Shown: one piece after another, positions 1 to 11,982 of the stretch
Layout: each line of letters begins with the position of its first letter
Numbering within the stretch: the stretch's first letter is position 1
Assembly (NCBI GenBank): GCA_964252035.1
Contig: OZ176204.1
Length of the DNA: 64,000 nucleotides
DNA from: Podarcis erhardii
Taxonomy: Eukaryota
Reading direction: 5' to 3' (one strand)
Notes under the pieces: model-generated
What the model was told of the DNA's origin: nothing
What the model saw: only the letters and a program-made list of their open reading frames with translations
The model's database searches: none
Made by a program: the position numbers and the translations under genes

Positions 1-528
1 TAATGATCTATCAACCTTAGGCTCATGTGCACTCCCCTCCACTGTGGCCAGGAGGAGGAGTTTGGAACTTTTTGCTTCCATTTTGATGAACCACAGCTTG
101 ATATGGTTGTCAGAACAAGGACAGACTGGTTAATTCTTCACTATGATTTTCTGAACCAAGCCAACTTCAAACTATAGGTTTTTAATCCTGCTTGCTTCAA
201 CTGACTATAACTTAATAACAGTTAAGAGCTCAGAGGAAATGCTAAACTGTGGTTAATCTAAAATGGTCCTTGTAACTGTATTGTAGTGGAAGAGGGGAGT
301 GCATGAGCTTTCTGCAACTGATTCTCATAATAGTAAACCATGGCATTTGAAAACAGCCAGTGACAACTTATCTGAGAGGTGCCCTAAAATTTTAATTTAA
401 ATGAATATGATCCGCACTGCATCTTAATTTGTTTCCACAGAGCTATTGTTTTGAACTGTTTCTAGCAATGTTAAATGACTGTAGAATAACTTTGCAAACC
501 AAAACCAAATTGTTCCCTTCTTCTCCAG

Positions 529-576
529 CTGTTTTCACCACCTTGTATAATGAACTCCATCAAAAAACTAAGGCAG
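529..576 (+). CDS. ABLIM1: ABLIM1 cassette exon, 48 nt (LFSPPCIMNSIKKLRQ)
   Basis: ttctccAG|...cag|GTactg, phase 0-0, 16 codons, no stop; resembles the LLSPPCLTNSNKNPRQ segment I recall preceding PTRTSSES in long mammalian ABLIM1 isoforms. Confidence 0.8.
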
Positions 577-2577
577 GTACTGTAAGCAGCACTGGAACAG
601 TGTCCTTATACCTTATAGTAGTGCATCCAGTTGGCTTGATGTTCAAGGGATTCTTCCAGTTATGGTGTACTTACCCCATACTTTTCCATAGAGCATGACT
701 TGAACATCTGTAATGTAGAAATGGGCCACCATCACATCACTATATCAGGATGATGTGGATGACTCAGGTGCTTTAAGAAGCTATCTGTCCATATTATGTG
801 CAGTGCATGGCAAAACTAATGTTAAGGCAAAGCAGAGGCGCCTTTAATTAAGATGTAAACCCACCCAACTTAAATAACAAGGAAAATACATTTGGGGGGA
901 GATTGTGGTTTTCATAGAGTATATGCTATAATTGACTTGCTGCAACTGTAGCAGCACATGGCACAATATGCCCTTCATGCAAAAGGAACATGAATATCCT
1001 TTTGCTTTGGGCTCATAGATTGATGCAAGAAACAAACACAAAGCTATAACATATATTTAGAGAGGAACAATCATCATGAGCAGTGTTCAAGCTGTACTTT
1101 GATGATTAAACTCCCTGGGCCATTGGCATCTTTCATATACCAGTCTGCTTAAAACAAATGTATAGTGCTCCCTGCCTGTGGTTTATTGAATTGACAACAT
1201 TAACTTGGCGGGGATTGAATATAAGTTCTGCAGTACATATCACACCTGAAATTAAGGCAGAATTTCAGCTTAGGTCGAGGTGTTAATCCCTTGATTGGTG
1301 TTTTGACCTACAAACAGGTTACTTTCATTCTAAGAGGTTCCTTCTAAGTAATTTCCCTAATAAGTATTCATAGGGTTGCAGAGTTGAGAGACATAGTTGA
1401 GAAGACAGCATGGCAGCAAATGTAGTCAGCAAATGTAGGCTGGGAAATAAGACAAACAAAACAAACGATTGTTTTACAGCAATTGCAATGTATCCTCTCC
1501 AGGTGGAATAGCAGTCTTTGGGGGAAAGTGCAAAATCCTGATGAATTTCAGAATATCTGGTAATTTGGAAACACTTGGAAAAACATTGTTTAAAAACCCC
1601 TTCACTAATAAAGAGCCACAGGGTTGAAGGAGAGGGTCTGAATAAGTATAATTGTTAAAACTAAGGAAATGGTCCTAAAATACAAGTTGTCTCTTCAAAC
1701 GAAGAGTTGTAAATCTGTGCAGAGAGGTGGCAATTGTAGGATTAAAGTAGAAAGCTGATAATTATAGAGAAGGAGGTTAAATGCAAAAGCCTGGCTGTTC
1801 AGAACTATGTCAGCTAAGTTTAAGGTTTTCACATGGATGCAAAATGATAACAGCCAAATGAGATCAAGTAGAGGGATGCTGAATGGCAGAGCTACAGACA
1901 GTCATTTTGCTAAAGGTCAAAATAACAGAAAGCTGGTAAGGGACCAAAGTTGAATTGTGATAAACGGAGGGGTGGACCAAGGAAGAAAACAGTGGCGAAG
2001 TAGAAGAAAAGAAAAACAAGGCCACAGCTTTATTAGTATTTTTGAAATGTTTTGACCATAATCATTCCACATGAAAGCTTAATAATAAAGTACATACCAA
2101 ATTTGGGTTTGTATAATGCACAGAACATGAGGCACTAATGATGCTTCTCCACCCCCTTACAAGTACAAAATGGTGTTGCTGATATGTCTGCCTCTGAGCA
2201 GAAAGCCAGCACTGAGCTGTGGCCAGATTACTGAGTCTGAGAGTCATTCCATTCTGTTTGGTGGTGGTATTTTCATAGAATTTTTAAAGAGTTGGGACCC
2301 TGTGGATCATCTAGTCCAACTGCCAGTGATGCAGGAATATGCAACTGTCCCATACCTTGGCATTATCTACCCATCTATCATGCCACAACCTTGGCATTAT
2401 CATGTACCCAACTTTAAGTTATGTTGTAAACCACTGTGATATATTTTTATGATACAGTGGTATATACTATTTTATAAATAAATGATAACAGCTTTGCTAG
2501 CCCCACATTTAAATGCATCCCATTTTAAAGACAACAACTCAGCACACCTATTTTGCTTACCAGTTGTGAAACAGGTC

Positions 2578-2800
2578 AGTATGTTGTAGTGGCTGGAGTG
2601 TTGGATTGGGGCCTGGGAGATGGGTTGAAATCCACACTCAGCCATGAAACTCACTGGGTGACCTTGGGCCAATCACTGCCTCTCAGCCTAACTCAGCTCA
2701 CAGGGCTCTTGTGAGGATAAAGCGGGAGAGCTATGTGCCCCACCTTGAGCTCACAGGAAGAAAGGGAAGATAAAAATGTGATAAATAAAAAAGAAATAAA
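2578..2800 (+). mobile_element. MIR/CORE-like tRNA SINE
   Basis: tRNA-like A/B boxes, tgaccttgggc..tcact..ctctcagcct core, A-rich tail; related fragments near 9620, 11690, 39870, 55250. Confidence 0.65.
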
Positions 2801-3089
2801 GAAGTGCTAGTATAAAGCTGGGAATTGGACTTCCGACAGAAAGGCTGAAGGGTCTGTTACTGGAAATCTCTTCTAAAAGATAAGGAAATTCAACTAGCTT
2901 TGCTTTTTGTCTTCTCACTCTGGAAATATTTGTGATCTGGAGGGCGCACTGCGTTCTTCCATCCAGGGTGCAATCTCTGTTCTTTGGCCTTGGTTGCTGG
3001 CTAGTGAGAGACAAGGACAAGTTCACCAAGGTCAAAACAAAACAAATTCCTTCCAGTAGCACCTTAAAGACCAACTAAGTCAGTTCTTG

Positions 3090-3127
3090 GTATGAGCTTT
3101 CGTGTGCATGCACACTTCTTCAGATAC
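3090..3127 (-). ncRNA. Minimal hammerhead ribozyme motif, mirror copy (element sense)
   Basis: Exact reverse complement of 3316-3353. Confidence 0.7.
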
Positions 3128-3315
3128 ACTGAAACAGAAGTTCTGAAATTCCTTTGTAGTAAAACAGCTACTTTGAGATCTTGTATAGAATGTCCTGGGA
3201 GATTGAAGTGTTCTCCTACTGGTTTCTCTGTCTTGTGATTCCTGATGTCCGATTTATGTCCGTTTATTCTTTGGTGCATGCACACGAAAGCTCATACCAA
3301 GACTTCTGTTTCAGT

Positions 3316-3353
3316 GTATCTGAAGAAGTGTGCATGCACACGAAAGCTCATAC
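3316..3353 (+). ncRNA. Minimal type I hammerhead ribozyme motif (PLE pLTR)
   Basis: GTAT-CTGAAGA-A-GTGTG(CATG)CACAC-GAAA-GC-TC^ATAC: stem I GTAT/ATAC, stem II 5 bp, palindromic AGCT instead of helix III. Confidence 0.7.
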
Positions 3354-4400
3354 CAAGAACTGACTTAGTTGGTCTTTAAGGTGCTACTGGAAGGAATTTG
3401 TTTTGTTTTGACTATGGCAGACCAACACGGCTACCTATCTGTAAGTTCACCAAGGGTTTAATTAAAAGGCAGAAGGAGGCGAAGCACTACTGCATTCCCT
3501 TTTAATGATTTATTTTAGTCCTGAAAGGGCATGGAATTGTTTGCTGGGGGAGACAAGATGTCTTCATTGCTAAGACAACAGGGCTGATTCTTCTTAATCC
3601 TGATCAACCCCTGACTGTGCCATATTGTAGATGAGAATACGTATTCAGATGTGCACCCCATTACGTTTACAGTAATGTGGAGAGACAGTATTGACATTTG
3701 GATCCAGGTTCAGATGAAAGGCTGTGTTGCCAAGGTATGGCAGTTGGCTTGGCAGTGGAGACATTCTCTCCCCATACCAAGCACTGGCTTCATTTGCCCT
3801 CAGTGATGTCATCAACTGCTTGCCAAATCCAATTGACTAAATGGCACTGTGAAGTTATTGTATTTCCCAAGTGGCCCTTGATTGGCTTGGATTGCTAGAG
3901 AAGAAAAAAACCCAGCCAGAAAAATAAAAGGTACTGGAAGAGCAGCAGGGGAAAGAGGATGCAAACTGAACTGCTGCAAACATAGGTGAAACAGGCATTA
4001 TTTCTGTGTTGGGATGGCAACCCTGGAAAACCCTGCCCCCATATCAAGGGTAAAGATTTTGTAGCAGTCTAATTGAAATATCTCATTACCCTGACATTGT
4101 CAAACTACCCCCCAACCCCCCCCCCCAAAATATTTAAGGATGTTCTTAGTTTTGTTTCTACGAAGCTCACAATTGCATAGTTGGAGGGAAGTGCTTAATT
4201 TCCTTTGAAGATAAATCCTCATTGCCATAGCAGTTTAGCTGAATGCTTTGCATTTCTTTATAATTCTATTCTTGCATGTTGATCTTTCATTTGGAGTAAT
4301 TAACTTTTCATTTATTTGACATATTTTTGCAAAACTTAATGTATTGCTATGCTTTATTTTAATTTTGCTATGGTTGAATAGACACTCTCAATGTGCTTTC

Positions 4401-4445
4401 TGTTTGTTTGTTTGGTTGTTTGGTTGGTTGGTTGGTTGGTTGGTT
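4401..4445. repeat. (TTTG)n/(TTGG)n microsatellite
   Basis: Direct reading. Confidence 0.9.
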
Positions 4446-5570
4446 TTGCATGCTTGTAGCATATACATTTTATGAAATAAATAAATAAAATAAATTTAGC
4501 TTGACTAAGAAAAGGATCCATACCGGCGGTTGCTCTTGAAAAGTGAAATAATATCACATTCACAATTATTTGTTGCTCAGTTAGACCACAATTATCCTTC
4601 CATTTTTATATTGCTTAAACTTGTTTTGCCATTAGAAGAGCTCAGGCTGCTGCCCTGTGCACATTTTATCCAGGAGGAAGCCTAGCTCCCAAAATACAAC
4701 AAAACTTGCTTCCATGTAAACAGACTTAAGTTCAGGAAATTCATGAGTGGGCTTAAATTTGAATCTGCAGCTTACTAGTTCATGGCTTACTAGTTCATGG
4801 CATCTTAACCACAAATATACAATCTATGTGGTGCAAATAACAATTAGTGTAGGAAAGAGGGATAAACAATGGCACTTGGAAGCTTTTAGGGGGAGGGAGG
4901 ATGGATGGACACTAGCAGGAGATGTGGTAGAGCTGCCCTCCATATAGCTTTTGGCCCTTTGAAGACTGTAGTATTGATTGACTGATGGATTGATTTTAAT
5001 TTCTATACCAGTTAGAACTATCTCTAAGTGGTGTACAAAAAACCAAAAGCAACTATATTTCATTTTCCTTCTGACACACCCTTCTTCTCAGCTTCCAGGT
5101 GCTGAGCCAGAGTCCAAACAAGCTCTCAGCTCAGCCACAAAAGTCTGAAAGGGGTATATTTAAAAACCATAACACCAAATTACCAATATCTTGTACCTTT
5201 CCCAAAGTTGTTTCAATGTGGGCTATTTCTTTTACATGTTGCAGCTGTCCATGTTGCTGCTACATCTGCAATGATTCCTCCTTAATATAAATGTTAAGTG
5301 ATACAGTGTTAGGGCACATATTCCATTAGCTACTACGGTCCCAAGGTGTATGAGATGTTGTAGTTAAAAAATTGGCACCCTGAAATGAGCCTGGAAACAC
5401 ACCGCAAGTCACTGCAAGTGGGCAAGGACTAGCATTATGAGCCAGCTGAAATTTCTGAACCATCTTTAAAGGCAGCCTCATTGCAATAATCTAAACAAGG
5501 TTACCAGATCATAGCTAGACCACTGAAACCTTTGAAACCATCATATCCCTATAGTGGTGTTCATCTAAGA

Positions 5571-5709
5571 CTGAGATGGGGAACCCATGGCTCTCTAGAA
5601 GTTGCTGAACTCTTAACTCCCATCAGTCCTAGCCAGTATTACCGGTGGTTAGGGATGGTAGGAGTTGTAATCCAACAACATCTGAGGGGCCATAGGTTCC
5701 CCGTCCCTG
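5571..5709. mobile_element. hAT-type fold-back MITE
   Basis: Ends ..gatggggaaccc / ggttccccgtccctg, internal aactcccatc/ggagtt symmetry; relatives at 35443-35550 and 39145-39264. Confidence 0.7.
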
Positions 5710-6096
5710 ATGTCAGGGATGTTAGGTGGAACATGTGGTATTTCAGGCAGGTTCTGGATCCTAACCACAAATTTTAGCTGACTGCCAAAACTTTCAAACA
5801 ACAACATTCCCAACTATAGACAATGATAGTATTCTGGTGGTTTGGTGTTTTATGCTGTTACCCTTGCTAGTTGTGTATGCCTAGAAAGCTCTTGCTTGTC
5901 AACAAAATGCAGAACCCTCCCTTCACGAAAGAAACCCAGCCTGCTTCACAAGACCCAGATGAAAACATGACGGTTTTCATTGAAAAAATGTTGACATGGT
6001 CTTTTGAAAAACTATCTTTTCTGTGTTTCAAATAGGATATATAATGCAGCCACGCCTTTGCAGCTTATTTCTTTGTTGCTGTTGTTGTTGTTACAG

Positions 6097-6174
6097 CCTA
6101 CAAGAACATCTTTGGAAAGTATTTATTCTAGGCCTGGATCCAGTATACCTGGCTCACCAGGCCACTCAATCTAT
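6097..6174 (+). CDS. ABLIM1: ABLIM1 exon (PTRTSLESIYSRPGSSIPGSPGHSIY)
   Basis: ttacAG / GTaagt, 78 nt, phase 0-0; near-identical to recalled ABLIM1 PTRTSSESIYSRPGSSIPGSPGHTIY. Confidence 0.97.
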
Positions 6175-8520
6175 GTAAGTATAATTTTGTCTTACCTTCT
6201 TATTTATTAATGATACCTTATGGAGAAGTAGCAGCTGGGATTTGTCACCTGTGAGATGAGAACTCCAGCGTTTTCACCAGGCATGCTCGAAACCTCAGCC
6301 AGAAATGCATGCCTTTCAAAGCCTTTGAAATGTTACTTTCCGGGTTATTGATCCAGTGGTAGGTATTGCCAACAATATGCTTTGAGTAAAAATTGAAACT
6401 GACAGATTCCATTCTATTCTTTATTGAGTGGCTGAGAAGAAACAAGGCTTGAAGACTTTCTTTACATGCATGGGATGTCACACCAAGCTTGTGTGCTAAA
6501 ATATATAGCAGGAGTAGTTTCCCCCTCATAGAGCAACAATTCCCAGCGCTGCTAACAAGCTATGCTCCCCACAATTCTTTGTGGAGATTTTAAATATATG
6601 TTGGATGTGCTTTAAACATACAGAATGGATAGCAACTGACCCATACATCTGCAATTTTTGGAAACAGCCTGGCATATGCTATGGCAGATAGTAAAGTTGA
6701 CAGAGGACTTCCTGTTCATATCAACTGGGGCACATGCCTAAATCGGGACTCTTTATGAACTGCTAGTTTCAAACTGCAGAGCACACTTTGTCGTGAAGCC
6801 AACATATTCAAATGGGTGGATTCAGATCCTTCAGCAAATTTGGAAAAGTCAGCTCCTCATTACATTGCATAGCCTCTAATTTGCAGTTCTAGGGAACCTT
6901 TATATATTATTCCGATGCACAAGGGAATAATTAAAATGTCTTGTCTTAAATGCAGTAGCTTAAAAATGTTCAGACATGAATGCTTGGGCTTCAATAAAAG
7001 TGGCTTTTAAAAGTTGTAGTTGCACAGACTCATTTCAGTTATGGCTAGAAATTATTCCAAAACAAGTTTGAGGAAGACATAGCAGCATGCACATCTCTTT
7101 GTAACATACTTTTAGCCACTAGCTTTCGTAAGCCTGTGCTATGACAGAAAAAAGTCAAGTAATACAGACAAAAGGAATGAACATTATTTTTACTGATAGC
7201 TTCATGAATAGCAATATTCAGCAGTTACTCCCATTTATCCAGATATGTTTTGGATTATCCCAACCATTTAATCTCTCCCCCACTTCCACTTAAAATCAGA
7301 CAAATTAACCTTAAGAATTTGGCACTCTTCTCTCCATTCTATGGTGTTGTAACAATAGCCTCACAACCATATGAATGTTGTGTATGCAGTAAGCCCACTG
7401 TGTTGTTTGGGGCTTACTCCCAGAAAAATATGTAGAGGGTTGCAGCCAAAAGCTATCATTTTATTCACACTTAGGACCTTTTGAGGTGGGTGCATTTTCA
7501 ATAGCTGTCATTGATGCAATAATAGTGCATTAATCGTGAATTTATACTGTCCTGTATCATTCTGCTTTATTAGTTATTCTGTTGTGTTTCCCCAGTGTTA
7601 CTGAATTATTGCTGTATGGAGCAGCACTTGTGAGCTATAGTGTAACAAAAACAGAGCAAGAAATAAACTAGAATATTTGTGGTATGAGAACTTAAGGGTT
7701 TCCAGAAGGAAGTTACAGGGCATGTGCTGATCAGAAGTGAAGTAGGCACAAACATCATTGAAAGCTGATTCATGAAGGCACAATAAAAAGGACATCTGGT
7801 GGGGCCCTTACCTGGGAATAAGCCCAACTGAACATAGCAGGGTGTACTTCCTAGAAAGCAGACATAGAACTGTGCTATTAGGCTGCAATCCTAAACATTG
7901 ACTACGTGACTACTTGACTACTAAAGCATTGACTACTTCTATATTCCAACTTCATGGAATGAGTATTGGTCTTTATGCAGCCAAAATGGCACCACCCATG
8001 TACAAAGGAGGCAAACTCTCATTTCCTTCCCCAGTGTTAAAACAGTGCGTGCCTGAGTCACCCAGCCTACTGCCATAAAAACCTGTTGGAATCAGTGAGT
8101 GCACAGCAGGCTTCCTGGCAAAGTTTGCTTGAAGGCGAATGCAGGAGGAGGAGGAAGAAAGAGATTAATGAAAAGACATGAGAATGTAGGGGGCTGGATC
8201 TGAGACAGCTTCGGGTGGAAGGTGTTGAGCAAAGCACAAAGCAGAAACTGGGACTGAGTGTGTGTGAGGTGAATAAACCAAAGGGGGTAGGAGAAGATGC
8301 AGCTAGGTGTAGGAAGCAGGAGATAGGAGAAGATGGAGGAGGGGTGATGAAGTTGGGTGGGGAAAGAGGCAGATTGAGGGAGGGAAGAGAAGTGGAGACA
8401 GAAATGGCACAACAACTGACAAAGGAGATTGGAGGGTGAAAGGGGTAGGTGTGAAATGAGAGACGCATGAGGAAAGAGACTCGGAATGACTCCTGGGGAA
8501 GGGAAGTGAGTGTATTTTTT

Positions 8521-8610
8521 ATCTCTGTTGGAAGCCGCCCAGAGTGGCTGGGGAAACCCAGCCAGATGGGCGGGGTACAAATAATAAATTATTATTATTA
8601 TTATTATTAT
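8521..8610 (+). mobile_element. L2/CR1-clade LINE 3' tail
   Basis: gccgcccagag, stem-loop GGCTGGG-gaaa-CCCAGCC, gggcggggtacaaataa, (TAT)n tail. Confidence 0.75.
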
Positions 8611-8756
8611 AGGAAGAAATGTGGGGGTTGTGTGGGGGACTAAACTCACCAAACAACCCACACAGCATCTCTTTGGAGGGCTCCGCTTGTTGTTGTACTC
8701 TTGTAATCAGGATGCATCCTAATGTGTCACAGTGTTTTGTATATTCTTAATTGGGA

Positions 8757-8890
8757 ATAATCATAATCATAATAATACTTTTATTTATATCCCGCCCTCC
8801 TTGGCCGAAGTCGGGCTCAGGGCGGCTAACATTAGATATATAACATTAGTGTAAAATCAAACAATAATTAAATTACCTCCTAAAAACAGG
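8757..8890 (-). mobile_element. L2/CR1-clade LINE 3' tail
   Basis: Reverse complement reads gccgccctgagccc...gagggcgggatataaataaaagtattatt; other L2-like tails near 18190-18375, 25480-25620, 61450-61690. Confidence 0.7.
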
Positions 8891-9894
8891 TCTCTAAAAC
8901 AGAATGTGGATTAAGTGAGTTTACTAACAATTATTTATAGAACATATAAATTTGGCTTACATATAAATGGATATTTTAGTGTGCTGAAGTTATCAAGATG
9001 CACCATGTGGGAAGAAGGACCTGTAAATTCTGAAATGGGCCTGGTGTGCTTAAGAGATGCCCATTTCCATGAGGTTTTTATGGACAACTTCTGAGACTTC
9101 ATCATTTTAACCATGTTTGCTGGGCAAAATGAGGACAGGCATAAAGTAAATCCTATGGTTACACACAGCTCACTGCCAAGGGAGATGCAGCAAAATCCAA
9201 TTCAATTGTAGACCCAATTTGTTTTCTTTCTTTTATTTGTTCTTTTATTAAGGAAGAACATTTATTAGCCAATGTGGAGTCATTTTTAGTTAAACTCTCA
9301 GAAACTGACTTGTACTGGTTTCTTCTGGGGGAAAGGGGAATTGTTTTAGACTGCTTTATACTTCAATATTTTGCAAATAAATCATTTCATATATTATAAT
9401 TTTTTAATGCAGGTTTCTTTGAATTCTTAGGGATGAGTGGGATAGAAATGTAATTAAATGCAGCAAATAAAAATCAACCACAACTTTTCTAACAGGATTT
9501 TGCCCCTCCTCTTCTCAACATCTCCTTGACATAGACATTGGCAAGGCTTGGTTTATGTATGGCATGTTTTGCTGATAGGAATGCTATATCCAAAATAAGG
9601 GTGTTGCTGCCCAAAGGCTACCCACTGAGTTACTGGCAGAGCTGAATTTAGACTGGGACTGATATATTGCCAAGTCTAGGCTTTAACTCAAAAAAGTAAA
9701 TAAATGTTCCACCCTTTTAAAAAAGATGCATAAGGCCAAACGAAAAAAGAGTAGCTTCCGTGAAAAATAATAGACGGGCTATGAGGTTTTCTTTAAGCCT
9801 ACTATAGAAGCAAAATCCCTAAATAATGAACTGTATATTTTTTAAAAATCTACAACTTTGTGTGTTTAATTTATCTTCTGTCTTTGACCTTCAG

Positions 9895-10050
9895 GCAAAA
9901 GTAGACAATGAGATCCTTGATTATAAGGATTTAGCAGCCATTCCCAAAGTCAAGGCCATTTATGACATTGAGCGTCCAGACCTAATTACTTATGAGCCCT
10001 TCTACACTTCCGCCTACGAGGAGAGACAGGAGAGGCAGAGTCTTGGAGAG
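9895..10050 (+). CDS. ABLIM1: ABLIM1 exon (AKVDNEILDYKDLAAIPKVKAIYDIERPDLITYEPFYTSAYEERQERQSLGE)
   Basis: ttcAG / GTaatg, 156 nt, phase 0-0; abLIM/dematin-family anchor motif DYKDLAAIPKVKAIYDIERPDL. Confidence 0.98.
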
Positions 10051-10646
10051 GTAATGAACTGGGGTTCACCTATTCTCTTATGTGCACTGTTTTTAAAAGC
10101 CAGCTTAGCTTCTGCCTGATGTATAAACTTGATGCTCCTCTTGCTAATCTGTGCAAACATTCCACATCTCTCTCTGGCCTTAAAAAAAATATGATGGCAT
10201 TCTTTGTTTCGCAGCATGAAGGCTTCTGCAACGAGAAAGCATATGGCTCCTCTTTGTTGCTTACCTTTTTAATTAGTGCCTTTAGCTGCAAGGACCACAT
10301 TTAGTTTACAGCCCCCTTTTCCTTGTAGAAGCATGGCAGTTACCAAATGCATGTATGAAGCAAGCACAGTGGTTCTATCTAATAGCATGTGATTTTGAAA
10401 CAGAAGGCGTACATCAGGAGTTCAGGAGCTTTTGTGGGACCAAAGGGGTACTAATTCAGTAGGAGTGGCACCCTTTTTTTTACTTAAGGGTTGTATTCCA
10501 GGAGTGGGTAAGTCAAGACCCAAAGAATATGAGCACACAGATCTACTGGCCCTGGAAACACACAGATCTAAAACACACAGATCTACTGGCCCTGGAAACA
10601 AAGGCATTTATTTAATTTAGTAACCCCATTCAGGTTTGAGTTTCCA

Positions 10647-10789
10647 GGATAGCTTAGTTGGTTTACCATGAGACTCTTCATTTCAGAGTGATGGGTTCAA
10701 GCCCCACAATGGGCAAAAAAATCCTGCATTGCAGGCAGTTGGACTAGATGACCCTTGTGGTTTCTTCCAACTCTAGAATTGTACGATTC
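10647..10789 (+). mobile_element. tRNA-derived SINE with CR1-type tail
   Basis: tRNA-Lys-like head (agcttagttgg...gagactcttc...gggttcaagcccca), CCTGCATTGCAG body, degenerate GATTC tail; similar to 48791-48933. Confidence 0.75.
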
Positions 10790-11496
10790 CAAATTTTTCC
10801 TTTGTTTTTTAAATACAGAGTATTTGCATGATTATGCAAAGTCAAAAAGAGCTCAGTAATCTCAGTTGCCTATGGGATGCCATAAGCAGGACATGAGCAC
10901 AACAGCATTCCAGCAACTGGTAATTTAGAGTCATAGCACTTCTGGCAGTGGAGACACAACATCATGGCTGTTTTATGCTAATACTAGAAAGTGGAATAAT
11001 ACAATCGAGAAGGTACTTGACTAAGAGGGGTTTTTTTTCTTCCCGGTTCTACCGTGAAAAGAGTTGGGTAGCCTTTGGCAAGTGACTTCTTCATCTACAT
11101 CTTGTATTCACATGTTTCTTTTAAGCATTTTGTTTTTTCAGTGAAGCAGGACATGCCTCTAAATGTTAGCTTGTGCATTGTGCAGTATAAGTGAAAGTCC
11201 ATGTTGACCTTTAGGGTTTGCAGTAAAGGTTAGAGCCAGGTAATAATGTAGGATCAGTGCTGTTGATCCTCACTTCTATTTAACTTTGTTTGCTTTATCA
11301 TCATAAACCAAAGAGTTGGTATGCTATTTACTGGAGGAGCCTTTTATGGATCCTGTAATTTTTGTACACTATCTTTTTTCTGTATATTTACTTTTTTATT
11401 GTTTCCTGCTCTGAATTGAAATATTCAATAAAGAGCAGATAATAACAAAAAATATGTATGTGTGTGTGCGAGTGAAAGGCGGAGATAAATATACAG

Positions 11497-11527
<31 letters not shown>

Positions 11528-11939
11528 TTGATAAGCAAGTAGGGTCTGATCATGAGATCCAGTCTGTCTAAATTCAGTAGCCGTCTGAAGATAAGGAATT
11601 AGAGCTATGCTAGAATAGAGCAGTGTGTGTGTCATTGTCAGGCAGAGAACAGGTAGGAGAGGGAAGAAAGAACTCAGAAAGTTGTATAGCGTTAAGTGCT
11701 AAGGAACTGAGCTGTGAACCAGGAAGTCATGGTTAAAATTTGTCTCTTCCAAAAAATCTCTAAGGCTGCAGTCCCAAATGCATCTGCCTAAGAGTAAGAC
11801 CCACTGAACACAAGGGGACTTATCTCTGATTAACAATCATAGGATTGTGCTGTATCTGGTCTTATGTAAGCCACTGTCTCTACTTTTCGTTAATGGAGAA
11901 AAACACAGTAATCAAAATCAGCACTAATTTGCCAGATAC

Positions 11940-11941
<2 letters not shown>

Positions 11942-11976
<35 letters not shown>
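11942..11976. repeat. (GA)n microsatellite
   Basis: Direct reading. Confidence 0.95.

Positions 11977-11982
<6 letters not shown>

Larger units (their letters stand above)
3032..3442 (-). mobile_element. Penelope-like retroelement, truncated, with inverted pseudo-LTRs and GIY-YIG fragment
   Basis: Minus-strand QRINGHKSDIRNHKTEKPVGEHFNLPGHSIQDLKVAVL (PLE endonuclease-like, ~3143-3273); perfect 111-bp IR 3031-3141/3302-3412; 30-nt tail 3413-3442; 13-bp TSD AAGTTCACCAAGG at 3019-3031 and 3443-3455. Confidence 0.9.

Noticed and set aside
8092-8661. 189-aa minus-strand ORF and overlapping ORFs
   Set aside because: Produced by a purine-rich tract and a (TAT)n LINE tail (poly-Ile); no domain
10534-10600. 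27-bp direct repeat with 13-nt spacer, CRISPR-like look
   Set aside because: Two units only, spacer is a partial unit, eukaryotic context: slippage duplication
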